From assembly GCF_006345805.1 (NCBI RefSeq), contig NC_043004.1, positions 77,996,001-78,060,000 of the forward strand: a DNA stretch of 64,000 nucleotides, written 5' to 3'. The notes under the pieces are model-generated. The model made no database searches. It was not told the DNA's origin and worked only from the letters and a program-made list of their open reading frames with translations. Numbering within the stretch: the stretch's first letter is position 1; the number at the start of each line of letters is the position of its first letter. Below are positions 37,603 through 50,730 of this stretch, one piece after another. The DNA comes from Octopus sinensis. Lineage: Eukaryota. A program made the position numbers and the translations under genes.

Positions 37603-39985
37603 CTAGTCTTGCCGGGTCTTCTCACGCACAGCATACTTCCATAGGTCTCGGTCTCTAGTCATTTCCTTGGTGAGACCTAAAGTTCGTAGGTCGTGCTTCA
37701 CCACTTCGTCCCAGGTTTTCCTGGGTCTACCTCTTCCACAGGTTCCCTCAACTGCTAGGGTGTAGCACTTTTGCACACAACTATCTTCAGCCATTCTCGT
37801 CATATGACCATACCAGCGCAGCCGTCTCTCTTGCACACCACAACTGACGCTTCTTAGGTTCAACTTTTCTCTCAAGGTACTTACACTCTGACGATTATGA
37901 ACACTGACATTACACATCCATCGGAGCATACTGGCTTCATTTCTTGCGAGCTTACGCATATCCTCAGCAGTCACAGCCCATGTTTCACTACCATGTAGCA
38001 TGGCTGTAGGTACACATGCATCATAAAGTCTGCCTTTTACTCTGAGCGAGAGGCCTTTTGTCACCAGCAGGGGTAAGAGCTCTCTAAACTTTGCCCAGGC
38101 TATTCTTACTCTAGCAGTTACACTTTCAGCACACCCACCCCCGCTACTAACTTGGTCTCCTAGGTAGCGGAAGCTATCAACTACTTCTAGTTTGTCTCCC
38201 TGGAACGTGGTAGAAGTTGGTCTCTGCACATTTCCAGTGTTTATTTCTCCTGAGCATCTGCCACATACGAAAACTATCTTCCCAGTTAGCCTACCTTTGA
38301 CATTGCTGCACCTCTTATGTGTCCATAGCTTACACTTGGTGCACCTTATAGAGTTTCTACCTACACCTTTTTTACAGATCGAGCAGGGCCATCTACCTGA
38401 AGTCGTTTGTGGTTGGTCCACCTTCCTACTTATTAGGACTTTGGTTTTGGCTAGGTTGATTCTAAGGCCCTTCGATTCTAATCCACACCTGAAACTTCTC
38501 CTCCAGTTCTGATAGTGACTCATCAATTAGAGCAAGGTCATCAGCATAGAGGAGCTCCCAGGGGCATCCTGTCTTAAATTCTTCCGTTATTGCCTGGAGG
38601 ACTATGATAAATAGGAGGGGGCTGAGGACTGAACCTTGGTGGACCCCAACCTCTACCCGGAATTCTTCACTGTACTCGTTGCCAACCCTCACCTTACTAG
38701 CTGCGTCTCTGTACATGGCTCGCACAGCTCTCGCTAACCATTCATCTATCCCTAGTTTCCTCATTGACCACCAGATAAGGGATCGGGGGACCCTGTCAAA
38801 GGCTTTCTCCAAGTCAACAAAAGCCAGGTACAAGGGCTTACCTTTGGCTAGGTATTTCTCCTGCAGCTGTCTTACCAGGAATATAGCATCAGTAGTACTT
38901 TTCCCTGGCACGAACCCAAACTGCATATCATCTAAGCTAACTCTCTCTCTAATTAACTGGGCTATAACCCTCTCCGTAACCTTCATTACCTGATCCAACA
39001 GCTTGATGCCCCTGTAGTTATTTGTATCTAGGGCATCGCCTTTACCTTTGTAGCAGTTGACTATTATGCTGCTACACCAGTCATTGGGTATGACTCCTTC
39101 GTGTATCACCTGGTTAACTATACGGGTGACTATGCTATAGCCGACACTACCAGATATTTTGAGCATCTCTGCAGTAATTCCTGATGGGCCTGGGGCTTTC
39201 CCTGTCTTCATGCTTCTAATTGCCTTAGCTACCACGGAACTATCAACTCAGATAGCTGGTCCCTCTGTTGGGTCAACATTCGGCAGACTCTCTTTATCCC
39301 ATTCATTTTCCTCATTCAGCAACCTTTCATAGTGGCGTCTCCAAGCTTCTCTCTTTGCATCCTCATTTAGCGCAAGTGAACCATCCTCCATGCGAACACA
39401 TTTCTCTCCTACCACATCACGATTCTCTCTCACACACTGTCTTGCAACACGAAATACCTCAAGTCTTTCATCCTCACGGCGCAGGACATTGGCAAATTTT
39501 CTCTTATCTGCTTCCCCTCTGGCTAGATAGACCTGTCTCCTAGCTTCCCTTCTGGCAGTCTGATACACTTCCCTGCTACCACCGTTCTTCCAGGCCTTCC
39601 AAGCCTGTTTCTTTTGTCTAATAGCCCTGTCAACAATATTGTTCCACCACCACGTTATTTTGGGTCTTAAGGGGACTTTGCACCAGTCACAAATCTGGTC
39701 AGCGGCTTTCAGCAGGTTGTCCCTCAGAAACGTCCAGTTGTTTTCTACCCCATGTGTAGCTATACCCCCTTCCACTTCGTCAAAGGCTTCAAATAACATA
39801 TCTCTAAATCTCTGTCTATTCCCAGGGTCTTTAAGCTTCCAGACCCTTCTTCTCCATGTTGGTCGTCTTCTAGTCGCCCTCTTAGTCCTGATCCTAAAGT
39901 CACTAACTACCAGTCTATGTTGTGGGGTGCATTCTTCGCCTGGGAAGGTTTTAGCATTTATAAGCAGCCATCTTTCCCTTTTTCT

Positions 39986-39988
<3 letters not shown>
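37603..39988 (-). pseudogene. Disrupted RTE ORF (RT/endonuclease)
   Basis: In-frame TGA at 39248-39250 (probable CGA decay) and a small frameshifting deletion near 38480 (EKFQVW|LESKGL). Confidence 0.93.
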
Positions 39989-40017
<29 letters not shown>

Positions 40018-40023
<6 letters not shown>

Positions 40024-40324
40024 ACATGTAGTATAATTATAAACAGGGCAAATTTTAGCCCTTTTTCTGCAGACTGAAAAAAAATGAAGAACAACCTTAA
40101 TCAATTTTCAAACCTTACTGGGTTCTCATCAGAGGCGTCCACATCACTTTGACAATCTCTGGAGAAACTGTTTTTTACTCAACAAATGCAGCAGTTACTC
40201 TATGGAGTCCCTAATTTGCATACTGAAAGTGTTTAAAATTCTTTATAAATACCAGTGGCCTGTCAAAGTATGATATGATATATATGTAACATGTGATATA
40301 ATTATAGACAGGGCAAATTTTAGC
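40018..40324 (-). mobile_element. Retrozyme/Penelope-derived non-autonomous unit, 265-bp period
   Basis: About 40-bp direct repeats (tatgtaacatgt...attata(a/g)acagggcaaattttagc) at 40018-40059 and 40283-40324 bracket the hammerhead; the unit abuts (TA)n. Confidence 0.6.
40089..40140 (-). ncRNA. Type I hammerhead ribozyme motif in a retrozyme-like unit
   Basis: Minus strand ggacgcct-CTGATGA-gaacc cagtaa ggttt-GAAA-attgat-TA|aggttgttc. All three stems pair; stem III AATTGATT is one change from the palindrome AATCGATT. Confidence 0.78.
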
Positions 40325-41828
40325 TATATATTCCCCTCCTCTCTGTTAAAAGCATATACACACACACGACAAAAACTTCCGCCGAGCAAATTCAATCACA
40401 AGGCTTAAATCGATCAAAAATATCAATGGAAATTGTAGTTGTGATACCAGTGCCAGTGGCACATAAAAAGATCCATCCGAATGTGGCCGTTGCCAGCACT
40501 GCCTCAACTGGCCTCCATGCTGGTGGCACGTAAAAGGGACCCACTACACTCACGGAGTTAGGAAGGGCATCCAGCTGTAGAAATACTGCCAGATCAGACT
40601 GGTGCCTGGTGCAGCCTCCTGGCTTCCCAGACCCCGGTCGAACCATCCAACCCATGCCAACATGGAAAACAGACGTTAAACGATGATGATGATGATGATA
40701 TATATATATATATATATAAAGGAATGCAAAAATTGGGATAAGAACGCAAAATATCCAGACAGCTAGATGATACAAAAAAGGGACAAGAAAAAACATGGAC
40801 AAGTAATTCTAAGTTTTCTTTCCTCAGTCAAATTCCAGATTATCTTTGCAATTTCGGCTGGTTATACTCGAGATTGCTCCAATCTGGCCAGCCCCAAGGA
40901 AAAACTAAGCTAAGAGCACCAGATTCCTTGGAAGAAAGCAGTGAATGTATATGAAAATAAGGACGGAAAAAAAATACAGAGAAATAGTACACAAATACAA
41001 ATAATAGGACATAACAACAGGTGTCTTTTGACTAAGGATAAATTAAATTAAGCTGGCGTGTGTGGAAGTGAAGCCTTAGGGCCAGGACATAGGAGATGAC
41101 AGGCATGGTGAGGAATATAGATGTTGCACAGATGGTAGTCGAACCAAGAAAGGTCAGGCTTGGCCGAACACCCGTCACATGGAGAGAGAGGAGAGAGGTA
41201 GAGGCACTATATATATATATATATATACATATATATATAATGCTCTGGTGTGAATGGTTTCTTTATACGGCGCTGTTTTAACAATCCTGTAAATAATAAT
41301 AATGGTATTTTTATATAAGCTTAAAGCTTATGGCAATCACTATGCAATGACTAAGGAAAATAGTCTAATAAAGAGGCATATAAGCCCTTGACATATGTGT
41401 GTTTGTGTGTTCTTTTATGCATTTCAGCCCTAAGGCAGTGGCCATGCTGGGGCACCCCCACCACCACTTGACAACCGGTGTTTGTGTTTACATCTCTGTA
41501 ACTTAGCAGTTTGACAAAAGAGACCAATAGAATGAGTACCAGATTTTTAAAATCAAATATATATATATCATCATCATTATCATCATTTAACATCTGTTGT
41601 CTATGCTGTCATGGATTGGATGGTTTGACCGGGATTGGCACGCTGGAAGGCTACACCAGACTCCAGTCTGATTTGGTATGGTTTTTCTATGGCTGGATGC
41701 CCTTCCTAATGCCAACTACTCCGAGAGTGTAATGGGTGCTTTTATGTGCCACTGGCATGGGTGCCATTTGTGTGACACCGGGTTGTGTTTACGTACCACC
41801 AGTACAGGTGCCAATTTGCATGACACTG

Positions 41829-41873
<45 letters not shown>

Positions 41874-42646
41874 TATATATACACACACGCATACACAGTT
41901 ACATGTATACACAGATATATATACATATGCACACACACACACACACAAACACATATACACACATATATACATATATGAATACAATTTTATCAAATGTCAT
42001 TTAAACATAAATTTAGCTAAGAGAAATAACTCAGAGAGCAGTGGGCATGTATTTGAACAGAATAGACAAATACAGGTGTATCAAATACCATACAACATGA
42101 ATTGTTCATTTATTAAGATTATCTCCACCTCTAGAGGATGTGTTTTAATTAGCAAGCAGCAATTAAGAGCAGCACCTGTTGAGGAAGGGGAGATCATCTC
42201 AAGAATCAGGAATTCTCCAAAGTTAAGATACTACGAAGGAAACGGACAAGTTTATTGCTTGCCAGCATGGAACATGAACATTAAATAATGATGATGATGA
42301 TGATGATGCCAATGATTATGTGTTTGTTCTTTACAGTCTACAAGCCAGCAATAATTATGCAAATGTGCAGTCAAGCTACATTAACAAAAACCAATGCATT
42401 GATTATTTTATGCTATTTCATTATCATATGTTGTTATTTTGTTATTTTATGCTAAATCTGAGCTGACGGCCTTTTGAATATATTCATGAATTTATTTTTA
42501 AAAAACCAAACATGAAGATAAAAATTAAAGGCGATCCATTAAAAGAGGTTTTTAAAAAAATAAAAATGTCTCTCACAAGGACAAAAAAAAAAAGGTAATT
42601 CTTTTATCTAAACTGTATTTGCACTCTATAAATAATTTCTGCCTAT

Positions 42647-43430
42647 TTAACCATTTTAATACCAAACCACCTGAGACTGCCCCTCATACTATGATGCAAA
42701 GTTTCCAGTTAAAACCTTCAAAATTTCATGTTAATTTATATTCCAAACACCAGTTTAATAATGAGAGAGTTAATTTTATCAAATTCTTCATTATTTTTTT
42801 CTTTTATTAATTGAAACAAAAGCAATGTACTTCAGCAGAAATATGCTAACAAAAGGGTTAACACATTTGATGCCAACCTACTCCAAACTATCCTTGGTTC
42901 GATAATATAAACTTATTTTAAAGGGATCTAAATTAAAACTTTCCCTTGAAATTTCATGTTTAATTCTGTACTAAACAGCAGCTTAATAATATCAAAGTTC
43001 TCCACTAGCGTTGCCGGGTCATAGTGCTAGTGCATCCATATACAGCTGCATACGTGCGCACATACATGCAAGTACTGTCCAAATCTCCAACCAATCACAT
43101 ACAGCTAGCTGGCATTCAATTGGCTTATCATGTTTCAGGCATTTTGATTGGGTTTTGGATAAAAAATTCACAAAAAAGTCACTTCTGATTTTGTAATGGC
43201 TTTGCAGGGTGACTGGGGAAATGTAAAGATGTGCACGACCACCCTTGGACGGTTTTGAATGACCATAGAAAGTGCGAGCCCTCTAACTGAAAAAATGTGG
43301 ATTTGTATAAAGCACACACACACACAGGCATTTTGCCGTTTATATATATAGAGATTAATTTCAAAATCAGTTGAAACAAAGGCAATGGCGTTCAATAGTT
43401 CAATAGACATGTGATAACAAAAGGGTTAGC
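42647..43430. mobile_element. Two tandem piggyBac-like MITEs sharing a TTAA
   Basis: ttaacc...aaaagggTTAAcacatttg...aaaagggttag; about 210-bp units, same family as 31716-32590. Confidence 0.65.
43005..43354 (-). mobile_element. Non-autonomous Helitron
   Basis: Minus strand A|TCTCTATATATATAAA...cccggcaacgCTAG|T with no TSD; interrupts a TTAA-flanked MITE. Confidence 0.72.
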
Positions 43431-43850
43431 AATAAAAATTCTTAATGCTTCAAGATATTTTCTAAGACAAATTGATCCTATTTCTAAGTCAACAATATAA
43501 AATAATATAGCATCAGAGCAGCCGTATCTTTTAGGAGTAAAAGACGCAACTATGAAGACTAGGTAATTCTTTTTGATCATTTTTGCATTTCCTTATTTTG
43601 TCTCTGCAAAAGCCAAGACAATTCTTCAACTAAAAATGATGGACTAGAATCTTTTATCAACTTTCACCATCTTCCACAGTCTTCAATGTTTCACAAAGGA
43701 ACCAATCTACAGTTACTTGATCTGCTGGCAACATCAACTAAATCTTCTACAAATCACAATCAATCCTCTTAAAAGAAAAAAGAAAGGACTACGTTTGATA
43801 AATATAGGTTTAGTTATACCATAACTGGAAAGAAATAAATTGGTTGGTCA

Positions 43851-44473
43851 CAGGGCTGTCAAGTTGGAGTCAGAAACCACTAAGGGGTAGCTGGATCAGA
43901 GTCAGTAAAACTATACTGACTCTGACTCCCAATATCTTTATTCTATAATAGGCCTACACAAAGTACAAGCGTATTCTTTTATTCATTTATTTGTTTCAGT
44001 CATTTGACTGCGGCCATGCTGGAGCACCGCCTTTAGTCGATCAAATCAACCCCAGGACTTATTCTTTGTAAGCCCAGTACTTATTCTATTGGTCTCTCTT
44101 GCTGAACCACTAAGTAACAGGAACATAAACACACCAGCATCGGTTGTCAAGCGATGTTGGGGGGACAAACACACACACACACACATATACGACGGGCTTT
44201 TTTCAGTTTCTGTCTACCAAATCCACTCACAAGGCTTTGGTCAGCCCGAGGCTATAGTAGAAGACACTTGCCCAAGATGCCACGCAGTGGGACTGAACCC
44301 AGAACCATGTGGTTGGTAAGCAAGTTACTTACCAGACAGCCACTCCTGCACCAATGCATATGCTTTATGAGATATGTAGACCACAATCAATTACATACAG
44401 AGGAGTCAGAGTCGGAGGTGCCAATAGTAGGGGAGTCAGAGTCAAAGTTTTTTCTTTCGACTCTACAGCCCTG
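43851..44473. mobile_element. hAT-type MITE with nested SINE
   Basis: TIR cagggctgt/acagccctg, exact 8-bp TSD gttggtca (43843-43850, 44474-44481), subterminal ggagtc(a/g)gagtc repeats. Confidence 0.85.
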
Positions 44474-44532
44474 GTTGGTCACAACTAGAGCATCTTTGAT
44501 CAAAGGTCTGCTCAATCAGAACTGATCTGGGG

Positions 44533-44732
44533 TTAACCCTTTAGCATTTAAACTGGCCACATCTGGCCCAAACTGACCAGATCCAGTATCTCACAGCTAC
44601 CTTATAATATTCCTCTTAAAATAAACAACCCAGTTGTCAAAGTCTAAAAGCTACGAGATAATGCAGAACTAATTGAAAACAGCGTGAATAAATAAGCATT
44701 ACATTTGACAGAATAATCTGAATGCTAAAGGG
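44533..44732. mobile_element. Second TTAA/CCC MITE family (other copies ~19163-19375, 55361-55590)
   Basis: ttaaccctttagcatt...aatgctaaaggg termini and shared interior. Confidence 0.7.
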
Positions 44733-45347
44733 TGGAACAAACAACTTTGATCTAAAGAAAGAAAAAACAAAAAAAAAGAAATCTCGATTCTTTAATTTGG
44801 TGACATAAATATCACGCACTCGACAAAGCTGAATGGAAAGATGCCTACAGCTCCCCGACATGCACAGCATGATTAAATTGAATGACATCAATTATACAGT
44901 GAAACATTCGGTAGATCTTTTGTGAAACATCTGATTAATACAGCTTTCATAAGAGGAGAGTGACGAATAATAAAGACTAACAAACAAACAAAAAAGCAGA
45001 GACTAAGCTGAGGGTACATGGCAAAGCTAAACGGTTTCGAGATGTGGATTATCAACTTGGTTTTGGCCTTGGCATTGCATATCTTTGGATATTTCACAAA
45101 CATTTTGTATCATTCTCTTTCACCTTTTACTTGTTTCAGTCATTAGACCGCGGCCATGCTTGGACACCACACTGAAGAATTGACCCCAGTAAATATTTAT
45201 TTTTTTATTTTTTGAAGCTTGTTACTTATTCTATCAGTCTCTTTTGCTGAACCACTAGCTTATGGGGACATAAACACACCAACAGCTATTATTAAGTAGT
45301 GGTGGGGGACAACACAAACACACATATATGCACAGATACACACACTC

Positions 45348-45421
<74 letters not shown>

Positions 45422-48400
45422 TCATTTATCATCAAAAGGGCCAGCCTTGTCACACTGTGTCACACTGACTCTCCCTGAGAACTGTGTTAAGGGTATGCAT
45501 GTCTGTGGAGTGATCAGCCACTTGCGTGGTAATTTCATGAGCAGCCTATTCCATTGATTGGATCAACTAAAATCCTCATCACCTTAACCAATAGAGTGCC
45601 AGTAGTAGTAGTAGCAGCAGCATATATTTCACAAAGTATATAAGGTTATATTTATGCAGCATCTGATATGAATGATACTATACCATGCATACATATTTGT
45701 CCATCTTTTATCTCTTAACTAAATAACCAAAAGACCTACATATTGACTCTATTTTTTTCTTTTTTTTCTCAAATAAAACTATTATCAGAAAGTTATAGCT
45801 GCTAGTTTAAATTCTGGTACCATTTCATAAAAGAAAATCTTGGTATATTAAGGGAGTCAACACAAAAAAATAAAGAAATAAATGTGAAGAATGCAAGTCT
45901 ATAAGAGTGCTTAGTCAGCCCCTTTTTATTTTTTTATTTTTTTTTGATAAAGGAAATATATTTTTATGGTGTGTCTTAAAAATACCAGTCATTACCATAA
46001 TGGAGTTCTCTCTATCTGATATTCACCAGGAAAGAGATGCTGGTGTACGATAAAGTTATCTGTTGCACTCATGCCTTCACATGCAAACAAATCGTAAACA
46101 GGATCCAGCAAGAAAATGCTTAGTAAGGAGACTGCTCTGAGCATTATCATCATTGTCATTTTTAATGTCCCCTTTTCCATGCTGGCATGGGTCAGATGGA
46201 ATTTATTGAGGCATATTTTCTGCAGTTAAATGCCTTTCCTGTCGCCAACCCTTACTAGTTTGTAAGCAAGGTAATATTTCCTCCTTGGCCAGAAATGTTT
46301 TCCTTGGAATGTTGGTCATGAATGAGGCACGCTTACAACCAGTGTGATATTTAGGCAAGGATAAACAGTCACACACATGTAGACAACTGCAACACATACA
46401 GATGGACAGACAGATAGATAGATAAGCTTCTTTGTTTCCTTCTATCAAATCTACTCAGAAGGCTCTGGTCAGGCCAGGGTGGTAAAGATATTTGCCCAAG
46501 GTGACACACAATGGGACTGAACCCAAAACCACATGGTTGGGACATAAACATCTTAATTCCCACAGCCCAAGGGACATAGGAAAAAGGAGAAAAATATTTT
46601 AATTATAAAAGTTAAAATCCAGTTTAATTGTCCATAAATCCTTAAATGTATGTAATAGAAGATTTTATTCTAAAACTACGCAACTTCAAAAGGTAAGAGA
46701 ACCATTTTCATTGATAGATGAAAGTATCTTCTTTCCTTATCCATTTAATGAGATCAATAATAAAGTGGCTATTGATAGTGAACACATGATTGATTTGGTG
46801 ATTAAGAATTTGAACCAATATTTGGAAATGATATTCAGTTTTCTATCAATAATTTACAAGATCATTCAAGAATTAAAACCTGCTCTAAGATCAAAATGAA
46901 GATGGTATCTGTTAGGTTTTAAAGTGGAACACATTTTTCTAATTACCATTATGCATAATTTGTGATTAATATCTGAATTGAAAGTGTTGCTTTGCCATAA
47001 AACATAGAAATAAAAGGTGGAAAGAAGGAAAGCGTTATCTAACCATCTTAGAAAAGTCTATCAAATTAAAAGATTTTCAATTCAAAAGCTGGTAAAATAT
47101 AGTCCACAAAATCAACTGGCAACAGGAATTGAGAGGCTTTGTGTGATTCTACAGAATTTAATCAAAACTGCAACCATTTTTTAACGCCTACTTTTCCATA
47201 CTTCTATGGGTTGGACGGAGATTATTGAGGCAGAATCTCCAACAGGTGGATGCCTTTCCTGTTGCCAATCCTCACCAGTTTTCAAGCAAGGTAATTGCTT
47301 CACATGGCCAGACAAGTTGTTGAAGAATACTGGAACTGAATGACACTGCTTGTATGACAGTGACACTCATTTACAACTATAATACAATGTCAACATATGG
47401 CGATGTGTGTGTGTGTGTGTTTGTCCCCCATCACCACTTGACAATCAGTGTTGGTTTCTTTACATCCCTGTAACTTAGCAGTTCAGCAAAAGAGAACAAT
47501 GAAATAAGTACCAGGTTTTTAAAAAAAAAGTACTGGGATCAATTCATTCAATTAAAAATTCCTCAAGGTGGTGCTCCAGCATGACCACAGTCTAATGACT
47601 GAAACAAGTGAAAGATAAAAGATATATATATATATAAGGAAGGTGAAAACTTGTAATGAATAAATGGATGGACGGATGGACAGGTGTGCTGATGGACAAA
47701 CACAAAATGGACAAATGGATTTTTGGACAGATAGATAAGTTCAAGGATTACCTACACACAGGAGCATGGTTCGGTCATTTATAAAAGAGAACTGAAACAG
47801 CTTGGTCTGAGTATCAGCATATGCCTGACGCTTTCTGCATTTTACAACTATGTGATGTTAGGAAGGACATTGGTGATAGGAAGGGTATCCAATCATAGAA
47901 ACCAAAGAAGGTGCAACCCTTGAGCCGATCAGATCTTGTCAAGCTGACCAATCTACACCAGCATGGAAGATGGACATTGAATAACAAGGATGCTGTAGCA
48001 TGCATGCATACAGATGAATGGATAGATGGAGGGAAACTGCACAGAATCATCATCGTTTAACGTCCGTTTTCCATGCTGGCATGGGTTGGAGGTTCGGCTG
48101 GGGTTTGGGAAGCCATGAGGCTGTACCAGGCCCCAATTTGATCTGACAGTGTTTCTACAGCTGGATGCCCTTCCTAATGCCGTTCACTCTGAAAGTGTAG
48201 TGGGTGCTTTTTTACGTGCCACTGGCACAGGGGCCAGAGGAGCTGGCATCAACCACAATCGGATGGTGCTTTTTACATGCCACCAGCATGGAAGCCAGTC
48301 AAAGCATCACTGGCATTGGCCACATTCAGATGGTACTTTTTACGGGCTACCGGCATGGGGGTCACAACTACAATTTCTATTTGATTTGATTTTGATTTTG

Positions 48401-48609
48401 ATGTACTTGACTCGATAGGTCTCCTCAAGCACGGCATGTTGCCCTACGATCCAAGGTACTTTTGAGTGGGCTGGTTATGCGACACTGGTGTAGGTTACAG
48501 CTGCGAGCCCACTTTATTTGTCAAGTCTTCTCAGTCACAGAATACCTCGAAAGGTCGCAGTCTTTTGTCATTGCCTCTGTGAGGCCCAACACTTATGAAG
48601 CGTATTGTC

Positions 48610-48975
48610 TTGCTGCAAATATAAAACCTGCAAAACAAATCACGGAAGCTTCAGCAGATAAGAGAGAAGAACATCCGACTAGTTTCTTTTTTTTTTATTA
48701 ATTCTTCACCTTTCACTTAATAAGCGTGGGAACAATCTATTTATCTTATGAAAAAATTTACATAATGGTCCAAGGCTAGTAATCAGAATTTAATCAGTTA
48801 CATGTTACCATCTTTGTTATTATGGTTTCCATGAAGAGGTTCTTAACTTCACCTGTTGAGAGGTGATAGAAGTGATCCCTGATAAGTATTAATAAATATC
48901 AAACAAATCAGACACTCTTCTTTCTTATCTGCTAAAGCTCCTGTCAATATCCACAGATTATATTTTCACAGCCAG
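48610..48975. mobile_element. Old inverted-repeat element with two decayed hammerhead motifs
   Basis: Imperfect IR (ggaagcttcagcagataagagagaaga / tcttctttcttatctgctaaagctcc). Minus strand has GAAActagTCggatg at 48672-48686; plus strand has gatccCTGATAAgtattaataaatat at 48874-48899. Confidence 0.45.
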
Positions 48976-49022
48976 ATTAAATATACGTTTATTAAGAATA
49001 TCCTATATAATTTTCATGTACA

Positions 49023-49450
49023 TAGTCTGATACACTTCCCTGCTACCACCGTTCTTCCAGTCCTTCCAAGCCTGTTTCTTTTGTCTAATAGCTCTGTCAA
49101 CAACACTGTTCCACCATCACGTTATTTTGGGTCGGGAGGGGACTTTGCATCATCCACAGATCTGGTTAGTGGCCCTTAGCAGGATGTCCTGTAGGAACCT
49201 CCAGTTGTCTTCTATACCATGTGAAGCTATATCCCCTTCTATTTCGTCAAAGGCTTCCAGTAATATGTCTCTGTAAAAAGCACCCACTACACTCTCGGAG
49301 TGGTTGGCATTAGGAAGGGCATCCAGCTGTAGAAACTCTGCCAGATCAAGATTGGAGTTTGGTGCAGCCATCTGGTTCGCCAGTCCTCAGTCAAAATCGT
49401 CCAACCCATGCTGGCATGGAAAGCAGTCGTTAAACGATGATGATGATGAT
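49023..49450. mobile_element. RTE copy with inverted 5' segment
   Basis: 49023-49272 is ORF sequence on the minus strand; 49273-49450 is the RTE 3' terminus with (GAT)n on the plus strand. Confidence 0.88.
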
Positions 49451-50009
49451 AGTTATTCAGAGCAGTGCTGTAATAGTGATTTTTGTTTTTTCATTTGTTC
49501 AATTCTTACATCTATTTCTCCAAACTAGAATGGGTTAGGTGGATACATTAGTGAGGTATTGCTTTACAGCCGGATGCTACTCCTGTTGCTAACTCTTAAC
49601 TTTTCTTTCAAGTAAAGAGAGCGTTGTTCCACATGTCTTCAAAGTTGCAAAGCGAGTATTTGATTTATGGAAAAATGGCAAACAACATTGCTGCGTGTAG
49701 CTCACGATATTTGTAAAAAAGTGCAGATGTAGAAAAACACACAGCTGCACATGCACACACACACACACACACACACACGTATCAGGGGCTTCTTTGAGTT
49801 TCCTTCTACCAACTTCATTTATGAGAAATAGGTCAGCCTGGGGTGGGAATAGAAAATACTTGCCTAAAAGTACTGCTTCATGGGACTGAACCTGAAACAA
49901 TGTAGTTGTGAAGCAAACTTCTTAACCACATAGCCATACCTGTTTTCATAGGCATTTTCATTATTGCATGAGTATGTGTGTGTATACACACTTACACATA
50001 CAGAGAGAG

Positions 50010-50036
50010 ACAGAGTGTGTGGAGGGGGTGTATGTG

Positions 50037-50112
<76 letters not shown>

Positions 50113-50248
50113 CACATACACACATACATGAAGAGAGAAAGAGAGAGTGTGCGTGGAGGGTGTGTGTGAGTGTATATATATATACATACATATATACAGA
50201 CATACAGAGAGAGAGAGAGAGGGAGAGAGTGTTTGTGGAGGGAGTATA

Positions 50249-50298
<50 letters not shown>

Positions 50299-50377
50299 TA
50301 TATGGGGAGAGAGAGTGTGTGGAGGGTGGTGTATATACATATATGGAGTGAGAGAGTGTGTGGAGGGGGTGTATGTG

Positions 50378-50451
<74 letters not shown>

Positions 50452-50587
50452 CACATACACACATACATGAAGAGAGAAAGAGAGAGTGTGCGTGGAGGGT
50501 GTGTGTGAGTGTATATATATATACATACATATATACAGACATACAGAGAGAGAGAGAGAGGGAGAGAGTGTTTGTGGAGGGAGTATA

Positions 50588-50639
<52 letters not shown>

Positions 50640-50730
50640 TATATGGGGAGAGAGAGTGTGTGGAGGGTGGTGTATATACATATATGGAGTGAGAGAGTGT
50701 GTGGAGGGGGTGTATATACATATATGGAGA
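50010..50730. repeat. 339-bp tandem duplication of a compound (TA/TG/GA) microsatellite
   Basis: Identical ORF starts at 50147 and 50486; slightly more than two units. Confidence 0.9.

Larger units (their letters stand above)
36818..39988 (-). mobile_element. RTE-clade LINE, 5'-truncated, 3.2 kb
   Basis: Three ORF pieces give the end of the AP endonuclease (PQHRLV), RT (YRGIKLL, QFGF, AFVDLEKAFD, GVHQGSVLSP, YADD), a Cys/His PHD-like insert and the RTE C-terminus (RRLRWYGH...RGRPRKTW). The 3' UTR ends in (GAT)n and both flanks are (TA)n. Confidence 0.97.

Noticed and set aside
40119-40222. Apparent minus-strand exon (ctttcag...gtaagg)
   Set aside because: Stops in all three frames, and the donor-like GTAAGG lies in the hammerhead stem II loop region. 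A non-coding exon cannot be excluded but has no support.
40790-40830. Minus-strand CTGAGGA-aag aaaa ctt-AGAAT motif
   Set aside because: GAAA is missing and stem I is unsupported; possibly a very decayed copy but not defensible.
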